Source: Mantamonas sphyraenae STR306 (Eukaryota; Protista; CRuMs). Taken from it: a stretch of 64,000 nt of DNA. The position numbers and the translations under genes are program-made. The stretch lies in assembly GCA_026936335.1 (NCBI GenBank), contig JAPMXV010000060.1, forward strand, positions 248,001 through 312,000, given 5' to 3'. Shown here piece by piece: positions 46,787 through 56,453 of the stretch; within the stretch, counting starts at the first letter, position 1; each line of letters starts with the position of its first letter. The notes under the pieces are model-generated. The model was not told where the DNA came from. It did not search any database and worked only from the letters and a program-made list of their open reading frames with translations.

Positions 46787-48514
46787 TCACATGGCACCGA
46801 GGACAGACTCGAGGGTGTTCAGGTAGATCTGGGCGTGCTTGGGAGCAAAGATGAGCTGAGGACGCACACGAGTGGAGTGAGTGCCACAGCCACCGCCTTG
46901 GACACCGGCCTGACGCATGGCATGGACAAGAGAGTCGCGGAGCTCGGGACTGGCCGAGTCGTAGGCAATAAAGGTGCCCATGCCACGGACATTGCTGATA
47001 TAGTCTGGGAAAGAGGCAGAGAGCTGCTTGAGACCCATGCGCATGTAGTCGCCTGTGATGCGTGTGTTCTCCAGCAACTGCTGCTTCTCGATTTGGTCGA
47101 GGACAACCTCGAGGTTGAGGGCCTTGATGGGCTCTCCGAGCCAGGTGTTGAAGTTGCGGTAGGTTTCGCTGGGGCGAAGGTCGATGTTGTGGTAGAATCC
47201 AGCAGCAGAGGTCTTCTTGGAAAAGGTGACAATGTCGGGAGGTGTGTCGAGGTTCCACTGCTCGTGCGCCCAAAACGTGCCTGTGGGGCCACCTCCAGTC
47301 TGCACCTCGTCGACAATGAACATGACGCCGTGTTTGGCAGTGATATCTCGGATGCCCTTGAAGAAAGCGGGCGAGGCGTGGTTGTCACCTCCCTCGGCCT
47401 GGATGGGCTCGACAATGACGGCCGCGACGGGCACCGGGTGAGAAGCGATGGCATCTTCCATGATTTCGAGGCAACGGGCTTCTTCGGCACAGTTCTCTGC
47501 TTCGAACTCGGACAGCGGGTACTTGAGCTTGGGAAAAGGGACAGAGGGCCAGTTGAAAGCCGGGATGTCGACCTTGGCCAGGGCCTTGGAGCGGGTGGAG
47601 GAGAGGGATCCCATGAGACGGCCATGGAAACCTCCGTCAAAGCTGAGGATGGCGAGGTCGGGGCTACCGGGAGCCTGGTTGCTCATGCAGGAGGAGAGCT
47701 CCTGCTCGGAGAAAGGGGCGCCTCCACGGTGAAGGTGTTGGTGGTGCATAAAGACGGCTTTGTAGGCGCACTCGTTCGCACATGAGCCACACATGGTGGT
47801 GTAGACCTGGTCGAGGCCAGGAGGAGCCATGCGGAGAAAGACGTTGTCGACGAGGTCGATCCACTCTTGGGACGGGGTGATGCCGAGAGAAGGGCGGTTG
47901 ATGAGGGCATCCTGCCAGCGAGGAGTCTGGTAGGCCTCCTTGAGTGCTGGGGCATTGTAGCCAAGGGCGAGGGAGCTGATCTGGTTGAAGACGTCAAGGA
48001 GGACGTTGCCGTCAGCGTCACGGATGTAGTTGCCTACAGAGCCCTGAAAGTCGGCGACGAAATGCACGGCACGTGTGTCCTGTTGTGCATGGGTTGGATA
48101 TGTATGTGCGTTGCGGGCGGGGCCACGGGGCCGTGTGTGGGTGAGCTGTCGAGAGAGGGAAAAGCATGGTTCGCTGAGGGGCACCCACCTGGTGTTTGTC
48201 CAGCCTCTGCTGCAGCTGAGTGGACTTGGGGCCTGGGATGGCCCCGTTGACAGAGGGTCCCGATGGTTCGTTGGGGAAATCGGGAGTTGGGGTGTCTGGC
48301 ACCGACGCTGCGGTGGACAGGGCACGGCCAGCTATTTGTGCGAGCAATTGTTTTTGACGTGAGCGATTTGTTTGGTTTTTCGGCAAACGCGTCGAGCGAT
48401 TCGCGAGAGATTGCACGGGGGGCGTGGGCATGCGGGAATCAGGGCGAACATACTTGAACGACGAGCGATGGGGCCAACGGTGGTGGATGTGGTGTGCGCG
48501 ATTCGAGCAAACAT
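46787..48514 (-). CDS. ABAT: 4-aminobutyrate aminotransferase (GABA-T), mitochondrial type
   Basis: Presequence-like MFARIAH..., SVGNYIRDADGNVLLDVFNQISSLALGYN, FHGRLMG, IVEPIQAEGGDNHAS, DEVQTGGG and the PLP lysine in VTFSKK. Introns at 48453-48332 and 48188-48080. Confidence 0.96.
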
Positions 48515-48567
48515 GTTGAGAGTGTTTTTCGGTTGGTTCGGCGCGTGCAGGCGCGGCGCGAAGAGAG

Positions 48568-49311
48568 ATGATTGGTGTGCTTGTGTTGTGCGTGGCATGT
48601 ACAGTAGCGGGAATGCAGATGGTGGATGGGGGCGAATGGTGCGGAGAGCATCAAGTGCGTGCAGTGAAGCGCGTGGAACCTGCAGAAGTCGTCCTGTCGC
48701 ACGAGATGGGCCATCGAGTGCGCGTGCGCGTGGTGTGCCGGCTGGAAGCAGCTGCAGCCGTGAAGTTGACAGTGGAGGATTGGGTGGATGAGACACAGGT
48801 GCGTGTGCTTGGCGGAGAACAGGGCGAGGCGACGGCGTACCGTCCGCAGGTGCGTGTGGAGGGACTCGTGGACCGGGAGTGGTCGTACTGGGCGAGTGTG
48901 CGTGTTCCAAGGCTTTCTCCCGTGCGTAGTGAGGCGAACGTGAGTGTGGGTGGGCTGCGTGTGGGCGAATGTGAGTCTGCAACGGCGCACGTGCGCTTTG
49001 TGCTGCCGTTGGTGGAAGCCAGGCCGCTGGAGGCATTGGGCATGGCATTGGTACCGCTTCTTTTGTTCTCGCTTGTTCTGCCGCCGATTCTGGCTCGTCT
49101 GGAGGGGCGAGTGAGTGCGTTCCAGGAGTTTGTCGTGGATCGGCAGCAAAAGGCGAGCGCACGGAAGCAGCGCGGACCGAAAGCGACGTCGCAAGGGACT
49201 GAAGATGAAGAAGGAAAGGTGGTGGTGGGTGGACCGAAACGGTTCGTGGCGCGGAAGAACCGGAAGACGGTACGCGCAGACACGGTCAAAGTGAACTCGC
49301 TCGATTTCTGA
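48568..49311 (+). CDS. Hypothetical type I membrane protein (signal peptide, beta-rich ectodomain, one TM, basic tail)
   Basis: 247-aa ATG ORF filling the gap between ABAT and MECR, with a hydrophobic N-terminus and the TM LGMALVPLLLFSLVLPPIL. Confidence 0.62.
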   Translation: MIGVLVLCVACTVAGMQMVDGGEWCGEHQVRAVKRVEPAEVVLSHEMGHRVRVRVVCRLEAAAAVKLTVEDWVDETQVRVLGGEQGEATAYRPQVRVEGLVDREWSYWASVRVPRLSPVRSEANVSVGGLRVGECESATAHVRFVLPLVEARPLEALGMALVPLLLFSLVLPPILARLEGRVSAFQEFVVDRQQKASARKQRGPKATSQGTEDEEGKVVVGGPKRFVARKNRKTVRADTVKVNSLDF

Positions 49312-49319
49312 GGGGGGTG

Positions 49320-50608
49320 ATGTTTGCGCGCAAGAGGATTGCAGCAATGTACAGTAAACATGGTGACGGAAGAAAGGTTGTGGAGATTGTCGAAGAGGGA
49401 GCAGGACGTGCGTTGGAGAGTGGGGAGGTGCGTGTGGCTATGCTCGCTGCACCGATCAACCCTGCAGACATCAACATGGTGGAGGGTGTGTACGGAAAGC
49501 TTGCTCGTCTTCCTGCTGTCGGAGGAAACGAGGGGGTGGGGCGAGTGGTGGAGGTGGGGCCGCAAGTGACGACGCTGGAGGAAGGGGACTGGGTTTTGCC
49601 AGGACTAGCCAACATGGGTGAGTGTACAGAGGCCGGTGTGTGGGTAGAGCAGAGAGGAGCGAGTGAGATGTTACTCACACGGATTGTTGATGTGAAGGGA
49701 CATGGAGGAGCGTGCTCGAGGCGCGAGAAGAAAACTTGCTGCGGATTCGCAACGATTTGCCCGTGGAACAGGCAGCGACGATGGCTGTGAATCCGTGCAC
49801 GGCACTCCGCATGCTGCGAGACTTTGTGCCAGTGCGAGACGGGGATGTGGTGGTACAGAACGCAGCCAATTCGGCGGTGGGGATGGCGGTGATCCAGATT
49901 GCGGCGTACGTGTTGCAGAGTGTGTGAGAAAGGCGTGACAGGTCTGTGTGTTGGAGAGGGCGTGTGCTGACACCCTGTTTGTGTGTGGTGGACAGCTCGA
50001 TGGGAGTTCGCACGGTCAATTGCATGCGGTACCCTGGCGAAGAAAAAGCAGAGGAAGTGCGTGCGAAGCTGCATGCACGAGGCGCAGACGTGGTGCACTT
50101 TGAAGGACACGACGATTGGAAGGCATTGAAGGAGCAGGTTCGGGCAATGGGAGATGTGCAGCTTGCGTTTAACGCTGTAGGAGGCAAGAGCGCGTCAGAC
50201 GTAGTTCGACTGCTCAGGTACGTAGCATGAATGAGGTGGGATCAAGGGACATGAACCACGATACTGACGCTTTGTGTGTGTGTGGGTGGGGGGGGGGGGG
50301 GTCACAGTCAAGGCGGGACGGTGGTGACGTACGGGGGCATGTCCAAGAAACCGCTGTCGCTGGCAACGGGGTCGCTGATCTTTGACGATTTGCAGGCAAA
50401 GGGCTACTGGATGACGCGGTGGAACGAGACGCACAGCAGGGAAGAGCGGGAGGCAATGTTGCGGGAGGTGACGGGTCTGATCGCGGACGGAGACCTGGTG
50501 ACGGAAACACGGTCGTGGGCGCTGCAAAACGTACAAGAGGCGATTGGACTGGCGTACGAAGGGCGTCGCGGATACAAGGTTGTTCTGAGGATGGATGGGG
50601 AGGATTGA
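49320..50608 (+). CDS. MECR: Mitochondrial trans-2-enoyl-CoA/ACP reductase
   Basis: LAAPINPADINMVEGVY, VGGNEGVG, AATMAVNPCTALRML, VQNAANSAVG and VTYGGMSKKP; three introns. Confidence 0.95.
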
Positions 50609-50652
50609 AAGGGACGGAGAGGCGGAGCGAACTGAACTGAAAACGGTTTCTT

Positions 50653-51102
50653 TCAGTGAGCCACATCGATCTCCCTTAGCTCATAGAAGTAGCTGGAGAG
50701 CTCGCTGGCAAGCATCATAAAGAGAGTCATGGGGAGAAAGGTGATCCAGTAGACCCAGTTTGTGGGGAAGGCGAGACTGACGATGCAGGAGACGGCAAAG
50801 TGGACGATGGCGATGGTTGCGGCGTAGTCCCAGCACATGGAGGAGGAGCGGACGACAATAAAGATAAGGAGAGTAGTGAGGATGTAGGAGACAATGAGGG
50901 TGAGGAAGGCGGCGAGGGCGGCAGGAGAGTCGACGCCAAAGGTCTGGAACTGAAAGGGAAGCGTTGGCAAGGAGTCGAGGGGACTGCCTGCGGCGGCAAG
51001 GACGACGAGGGCAGTGAGGTAGAGGAGAGCAAAGAAGGCTGGGAAGAGAAGAGCGAGTTTGCGCAGGATGACGCGCGTTTCACGGTCACTGCGCTTGGAC
51101 AT
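50653..51102 (-). CDS. SYS1/TMEM244-family four-TM Golgi protein
   Basis: IVVRSSSMCWDYAATIAIVHF...FPTNWVYW...SELSSYFYELREI; likely ATG at 51102. Confidence 0.8.
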   Translation of the reverse strand: MSKRSDRETRVILRKLALLFPAFFALLYLTALVVLAAAGSPLDSLPTLPFQFQTFGVDSPAALAAFLTLIVSYILTTLLIFIVVRSSSMCWDYAATIAIVHFAVSCIVSLAFPTNWVYWITFLPMTLFMMLASELSSYFYELREIDVAH

Positions 51103-51163
51103 GAGAGGAGAGGGCCGGTTGAGATTGGGTTTGGCGCGCTTGGGCGGCAACGGCAATTTTCAA

Positions 51164-52105
51164 ATGGAACGGGCAGCGATAGCGGTGGCGAGCATTGTGA
51201 CGCCACCGCGAGAGGAGGAGACGGGAAGCAGGGGAAACGTGGATGGGGAGGCCAGCGCGGGCAGCGAGCAACGGGAACGGTTGAGGCGAGCGCTGTTGTG
51301 GCTGCTGCGGATTTTGAGGGAAGCGTGCAAGCGAGCGTGGAGCGCGCTGGCACACAGTATGGCACATTATATTGGACCCAGCAGGCATGGGTGTGTAGAT
51401 CTAGGCTGGTTGCGTCTGGAGGCGGCCGTGGAAACGCGGCAAGGATGGACCATGCGGTTCGCGGTGCAACTGCTGGGTGTGCGATGGAGCTGGCTTAGCA
51501 AGGTGGAGGCGGTGGGGGCAGGAAGGCGACCAAATGTGGGCCAGAGGCCGAACAAGGAAGAGGCGAGGCAGCAGGCAGCATTGCCCGCCGTGGATGCACC
51601 GTTCTTGTCGCCTGCGCCGACGCCGCCGCCTCCGATGCCAAAGCAGCTGGCAAGGCCGCGGACGACCGGGCACGAGAAGAACAACCATGACCATGAGAAG
51701 GAGAACCAAGGGAGCACGGCATACGCGGGACAGCAAGGGTCGCAACGTGCGTTGGTGTTTGCAGAGAGCGAAATGAGCGCGTTGCAGAAGGATCTGCAGA
51801 AGAAGCTGGGCTCGATGCGCAAAGGGATCAACGACGACGAACGAGCAAAGGGCCTGGATATGTCGTGGTCTTCAGTGGACAGTGGTTCGGGCGACGCTTC
51901 CAGCGGGGTGTTGTCGCAGTCGATGATGGAGTTGGGTGGGACAAGCGACACGGCGTCCAAGCGCAAACGCGCAACTCAACGCGGGACGCGAAAACCATTG
52001 TCGCCACGGGTTGCGTTGTGGACACCGCAGAACGAAGTGGTGTTGGGAGGCATGCGCAGGGAGTTTGGTAAGGCGCTGAGCAGACGTGGAGGGAATGCAA
52101 TGTAA
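51164..52105 (+). CDS. Hypothetical protein
   Basis: ATG ORF that fills the space between two recognisable genes; no family recognised. Confidence 0.5.
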   Translation: MERAAIAVASIVTPPREEETGSRGNVDGEASAGSEQRERLRRALLWLLRILREACKRAWSALAHSMAHYIGPSRHGCVDLGWLRLEAAVETRQGWTMRFAVQLLGVRWSWLSKVEAVGAGRRPNVGQRPNKEEARQQAALPAVDAPFLSPAPTPPPPMPKQLARPRTTGHEKNNHDHEKENQGSTAYAGQQGSQRALVFAESEMSALQKDLQKKLGSMRKGINDDERAKGLDMSWSSVDSGSGDASSGVLSQSMMELGGTSDTASKRKRATQRGTRKPLSPRVALWTPQNEVVLGGMRREFGKALSRRGGNAM

Positions 52106-52111
52106 ACGTTT

Positions 52112-54111
52112 TCATGTGGATTTGGCAGGGATGTCGACAGCGGCCGAGTCGTGGACGAGGACCTCGTGGACGGTGGGGGAGTTGCCAAGGGTGTACAGAA
52201 TGTAGAGGTTCTTGTCCTGATCTGTGGGCTCTGGGTCAAAGGAGCCGAGAAGAGCCTTGAAGGAGGCATCGGTGAGGTGGAGGGTGCCATTGCTGACGTG
52301 GAACTGGACGCAGATGGTGATGTCAATGACAAAGGGTCGCTCAGGGTCGTCGTCGTCGGCAGCAAGGAGCGGATCGATATCTGGTTGAGCGTCTGCGTCG
52401 TCGGCGTCTTGCTGCTGCTGACGCAGGGCGAGGGAGCGGTTGCGGAAGATGTGCTTGGTGGCCTTGTTGAGGCGACGTGTGCTACCGTACCAGGCGCCGA
52501 GGATGAGGAGGCCATTGTCTCGGGATCTCTCGGCGTCGATGATGTGGAGGACTTGCGCATGCATGATGCGTCTGTCTTGCATGGCCTTGTCTCTTCGTTC
52601 CTGGTATTCTTCTTGATACTGTTGCTTGAGGCCACGGTCGCGGCGGTCTTGCTGGTCGCGGCGTTCGGGCCCAACGAGCCACCACTCGAGGAGGGTCATG
52701 ATCACAGTCCAGCCTGTGGCGGCACTGACGACGCTCCAGGGTTCGGCCTGGCCAAAGAGGGTGATGGGCATCGTGAAGCGCTGGCTGTGTCTGCCTGCGC
52801 TGAGCTCAAGGACGACGCCCGACGCGCCAAAGGAGAGGGCACAACTGAGCTCGTATTCGTAAAATAAGGTGGTGCTGAGCTTTGCGATAATGTTTGCGCC
52901 GGATGGGGCGAGTTTGAGAGAGGCGGTTGCCTTTTCCGAGTCTGTGAGGCGATGGCTGACGTCGAGGGTGACGTGGTTCTTGTGGCCGAGTCGAGTCTCG
53001 ACAAAGTACGGGTAGGCGGCCTCGTAATTGAAGCAGCCGAGTCCGACTCCGTAGTTGTGGCCGACGGCAAGGGATGTAAAGCCGTTGAGGGTGTCTGTGA
53101 GATTGCGCTGGTAGAGAACCTGGTAGGTGGCGCCCTGACCGTGTTGATACTCTGTGGTGAGCTGGTAGGAGCTGACGTTTGTGAAGCGCTGCCAGCAGCG
53201 GAGGACGAGGCCGGGCTTTTCGGCGGCCAGTAAAGTCAAGCTGAGTCCAGCCACGGTCGTGTGTGATCCTCCTGCCGAGGGTGATGTGTGCAGCACCTTG
53301 GCCTCTGTGTGTGTAGAGAGCGCCGCCTACGGTGTACTGCTCTGTTTCTGTGGAGTGTGCCTGTGGGCGAGGTCAGGTTGAGTGTGGGCAAGGAGAGGGG
53401 GCGGGGCGGGGAAGGGAATGATTGAGGTGGGGAAACGCACGTTGAAGCGATACTGCATGTACATGGACTGGATATCGGGGGTTCGTGGGACATGTGGGTC
53501 GTAGCGAAGGAGAGAATGCTCGGCGTTGAGTTCGACGACAGTGTTTGTCTGCATGCTGAGAGCGCTGGCCACCTCGCGCTGCTTCTGATAGCGCTCTAGA
53601 CGGTGAAAGATGGTGCGCATCTGTTGAGGGCCCGGGGGGTGGGGGGTGGGCAGAATAGGGAGGGTGAGGGGTGAGGACGGGCGAGGGGGTTGGGAAAGGA
53701 GGGTGGTGGACGGGCATACCTCTTCGGGGGAGCGAGAGCCGATGTCCTGGACGTTAGCCCAGCCCTTGGAGAGACCCTCTTTGCCAAAGAGATCGTAAAG
53801 GGCTCTGTCGCGTGGGTTGGAGAGGGTGTTTGTGGCCTGGTTGATCTCCTGGAAGCGGGCCTGCGCGTATGTGCTGAGGCCGTGCTTGTTGGCCTTGTCT
53901 GGGTGGAAATTGCGAGACAAGCGCTTGAAGCTGGAGTGGATCTCGTCATCTGTGGCCTGGGGGATGCGTGTGTGGTTGCGGGTGCGGGTTAGGAACATGC
54001 GACGAAGCGGTCGAGGGAGTGGGCGTGGGCAGGCAGCCGTACCGAAGCGTCGACATTGAGGAGACTGTAATAGTCGCGGTCACGGTCGGAGGCGCCGCTG
54101 GTGGGGTCCAT
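52112..54111 (-). CDS. DNAJC11: DnaJ homolog subfamily C member 11 (J domain, beta-rich region, DUF3395-like C-terminus); contains an apparent frameshift at ~53231
   Basis: DYYSLLNV, FHPDK, RALYDLFGKEGL, NGLLILGAWYG, DITICVQFHV and GSFDPEP. Exons 54111-54043, 53956-53720, 53620-53441 and 53360-52112. Confidence 0.9.
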
Positions 54112-54175
54112 GTAGTGGGAGCGGGAATTGCGGTGGAGTGGGCAGGGGAACTCGGACAGACTCTTTCCGGCGCGC

Positions 54176-54683
54176 ATGTCCTTCTACGACGAGGTGGAAA
54201 TCGAGGATTTCACGTGGAACGAGGAGAAGCGCACGTTTTACTACCCTTGCCCTTGCGGGGATTTGTTCTTCATCACCGAGGTGGGCTGTGAGGCGGGCGG
54301 GAGTCCGGGCGAGACTTGCGGGGACTTTGCTGACACGGCTGGTGGATGCAGGATGATCTTGTGGAGGGGGAGGACATTGCACATTGCCCGTCATGCAGTT
54401 TATTATTGAAAGTGATCTATGATATTGTGAGTGGCCGAAGAAGGGTGGTGCGGAACCGGCAGCCATGCACGGTCCGTGGGACTCGGGATGCTGACACGGA
54501 AGGATGTGGAAACAGGAGGATTTCGAGTTTGAGGAGGAAGATGAAGAGGAGGGGGAGGAAGGGGAGGAAGGGGAGGTGGAAGGAGAGGAGAAGGAGGAGG
54601 ATGTGAATGAGAAGAAGGGGGAGGAAGAGGAGGAAGAGGAGAAGGAGGAGAAGGAGGAGGAGTTGGTGGTAGTGGAGGAATGA
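54176..54683 (+). CDS. DPH3: Diphthamide biosynthesis protein 3 (CSL zinc finger) with acidic tail
   Basis: MSFYDEVEIEDF...YYPCPCGDLFFITE|DDLVEGEDIAHCPSCSLLLKVIYD|EDFEFEEE...; two introns. Confidence 0.95.
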
Positions 54684-54773
54684 GAAGGGGGGGGGGTGAG
54701 GAGGGGGGAGGGAGAGGGGAAGGGGGTGGAGAGAGGGGTGGGAGAGGGGGTTTGGGGGGCGGCGCAAGAGCCA

Positions 54774-56420
54774 ATGGAAGTGATGTCGATTGAAGGAGAG
54801 AGTGGAGGCATGGAGAAGGCAGGGGTTGCTTCAAGGAACAGAGAAGGAAGAGAAGGAGGAGTCATGGGATGGGGCAGTCGGCGATGGGTGGTGCGGACAG
54901 AGGATGCAAAGGCAACGTTGAAGCAGAAGCGTGGTGGTGTAGAGGAAGGGGAGGAGGAGGAGAAAGGGGCACTGGCAGGGGCAGGGGCGGAGGAGAAGGA
55001 CGTGAGTGCAGCACACGTGGGGTCGTTGGGCAGGCAACAATGGAAACGGGCGTTGGATGCAGTGCGCAAGATCCAGGCGAAAAGCAGGGAGAGCGAAGAA
55101 GGGAACGGGGAGAAGCACGAGGGTCGGGCTGGGCAGGAAGGGGTCAGGAGGAGGATACAGACGCCATCGCTATCGAATTTGGAGGCAAGCACGGCGCGGA
55201 GGCTGATGGCGGATCATGGGCAGCAGCAGAACCAGGGGGCCGGAGCTCGGTTCCGGCAGGTTGTGCAGGAGGCGCTGGCGGCGAAGGAGAAGGAGCTGGC
55301 AGAGAAGGAGGCAATGGAAAAGAGCTCGGGCCACAGATTGTCGCAGTGGCATGATGCGTGGAAGGAGGAGCAACGGAAGGCAGAAAACGAGACGTTGAGC
55401 AAGATGGCGTTGGAGGCGGACGCGTTGCTGGCCAACAGCGTGGCGTCGATGGGTCTGACGAGCGAACGGAAGAGGCAGGGGCGTAGAGAAGAGCGTGTGC
55501 GGCGCACTGTGTACTTTAACGTAGATGGAGGGTCGCCGTTGTCGCCAGCGGGGGGTGGGTACGAAGACGAGGCGTTGAGCGAAGTGGAGGTGCGGGGACG
55601 GTTGCAGGAGATCCACAGTCGGCTGCTGGGCACACTGGAGAGCAGGCTGGCCGTGAACCAATCGCCGGTGGTGACGGAGTACAAATTCCATGGGGCGCCT
55701 GTGTATTTCGGCTGCTCGACGCTGAACGCGACGCTGGACGAGAGCGGGATGCAGAGCGCACACACGGGCATGGAGGAAAAGAAGAAACAGGCGATGGGAG
55801 GGACGAGGAGACATCGGATTGTGCGGCGGAAAAAGGCCAAGCGGAAGCTGGCAAAGAAGCGAGGAGGAGTGGTTGGAGGCGAGGACGAGGATGGGTCGTC
55901 CGTGATTGCAGACCTGACGCAAGCGACGTCCGGATCGGGATCAAGTGGAGAAGGGTGGGAGGATGAGGATGAGGATGAGGAGGAGGAGGATGAGGAGGAG
56001 GAAGAGGAGGGTAAGAGGGAAGCACGTACTGCATTAACACCACGTGTGGTGCGGAGGAAGCCAGAAGCTCGGGGTATGCGGTGGAAGGAAAAAGAGGGAA
56101 TGGGTGGATTGGGGAGGAGCAGGGTGCAAGGGCGTGTGGTGGCGGCCAAAGCGTTTGAGGCGGGTCTTCCTGAGAACAGGTCGTGGCAGAAGCGGGGCGC
56201 GGAGGAGCAAGAGGAGCTTGTGGCGCAGCTGATTGTGCTGAAGCGGATTGACGAGGCGAGAGAGCGTCTGGACGAGGAGAGCGTGCGTCGCAGGCGGCGT
56301 GTGTTGGAAGCGGACGGGGAACTGCATCGAGTCGGGGTGGAGATGAATCCGTGGCATCGACTACACCGGCAAGAGAACAGGCGCAGGAGGATTGTGTATG
56401 GAAAGGGAGGGAGTGGGTGA
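54774..56420 (+). CDS. Hypothetical charged, low-complexity protein
   Basis: About 548-aa ORF from the ATG at 54774; E/K/R-rich; no recognisable domain. Confidence 0.55.
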   Translation: MEVMSIEGESGGMEKAGVASRNREGREGGVMGWGSRRWVVRTEDAKATLKQKRGGVEEGEEEEKGALAGAGAEEKDVSAAHVGSLGRQQWKRALDAVRKIQAKSRESEEGNGEKHEGRAGQEGVRRRIQTPSLSNLEASTARRLMADHGQQQNQGAGARFRQVVQEALAAKEKELAEKEAMEKSSGHRLSQWHDAWKEEQRKAENETLSKMALEADALLANSVASMGLTSERKRQGRREERVRRTVYFNVDGGSPLSPAGGGYEDEALSEVEVRGRLQEIHSRLLGTLESRLAVNQSPVVTEYKFHGAPVYFGCSTLNATLDESGMQSAHTGMEEKKKQAMGGTRRHRIVRRKKAKRKLAKKRGGVVGGEDEDGSSVIADLTQATSGSGSSGEGWEDEDEDEEEEDEEEEEEGKREARTALTPRVVRRKPEARGMRWKEKEGMGGLGRSRVQGRVVAAKAFEAGLPENRSWQKRGAEEQEELVAQLIVLKRIDEARERLDEESVRRRRRVLEADGELHRVGVEMNPWHRLHRQENRRRRIVYGKGGSG

Positions 56421-56453
56421 GGCGTGCGTCGACGAATGCAAGGGAAATTTTGA

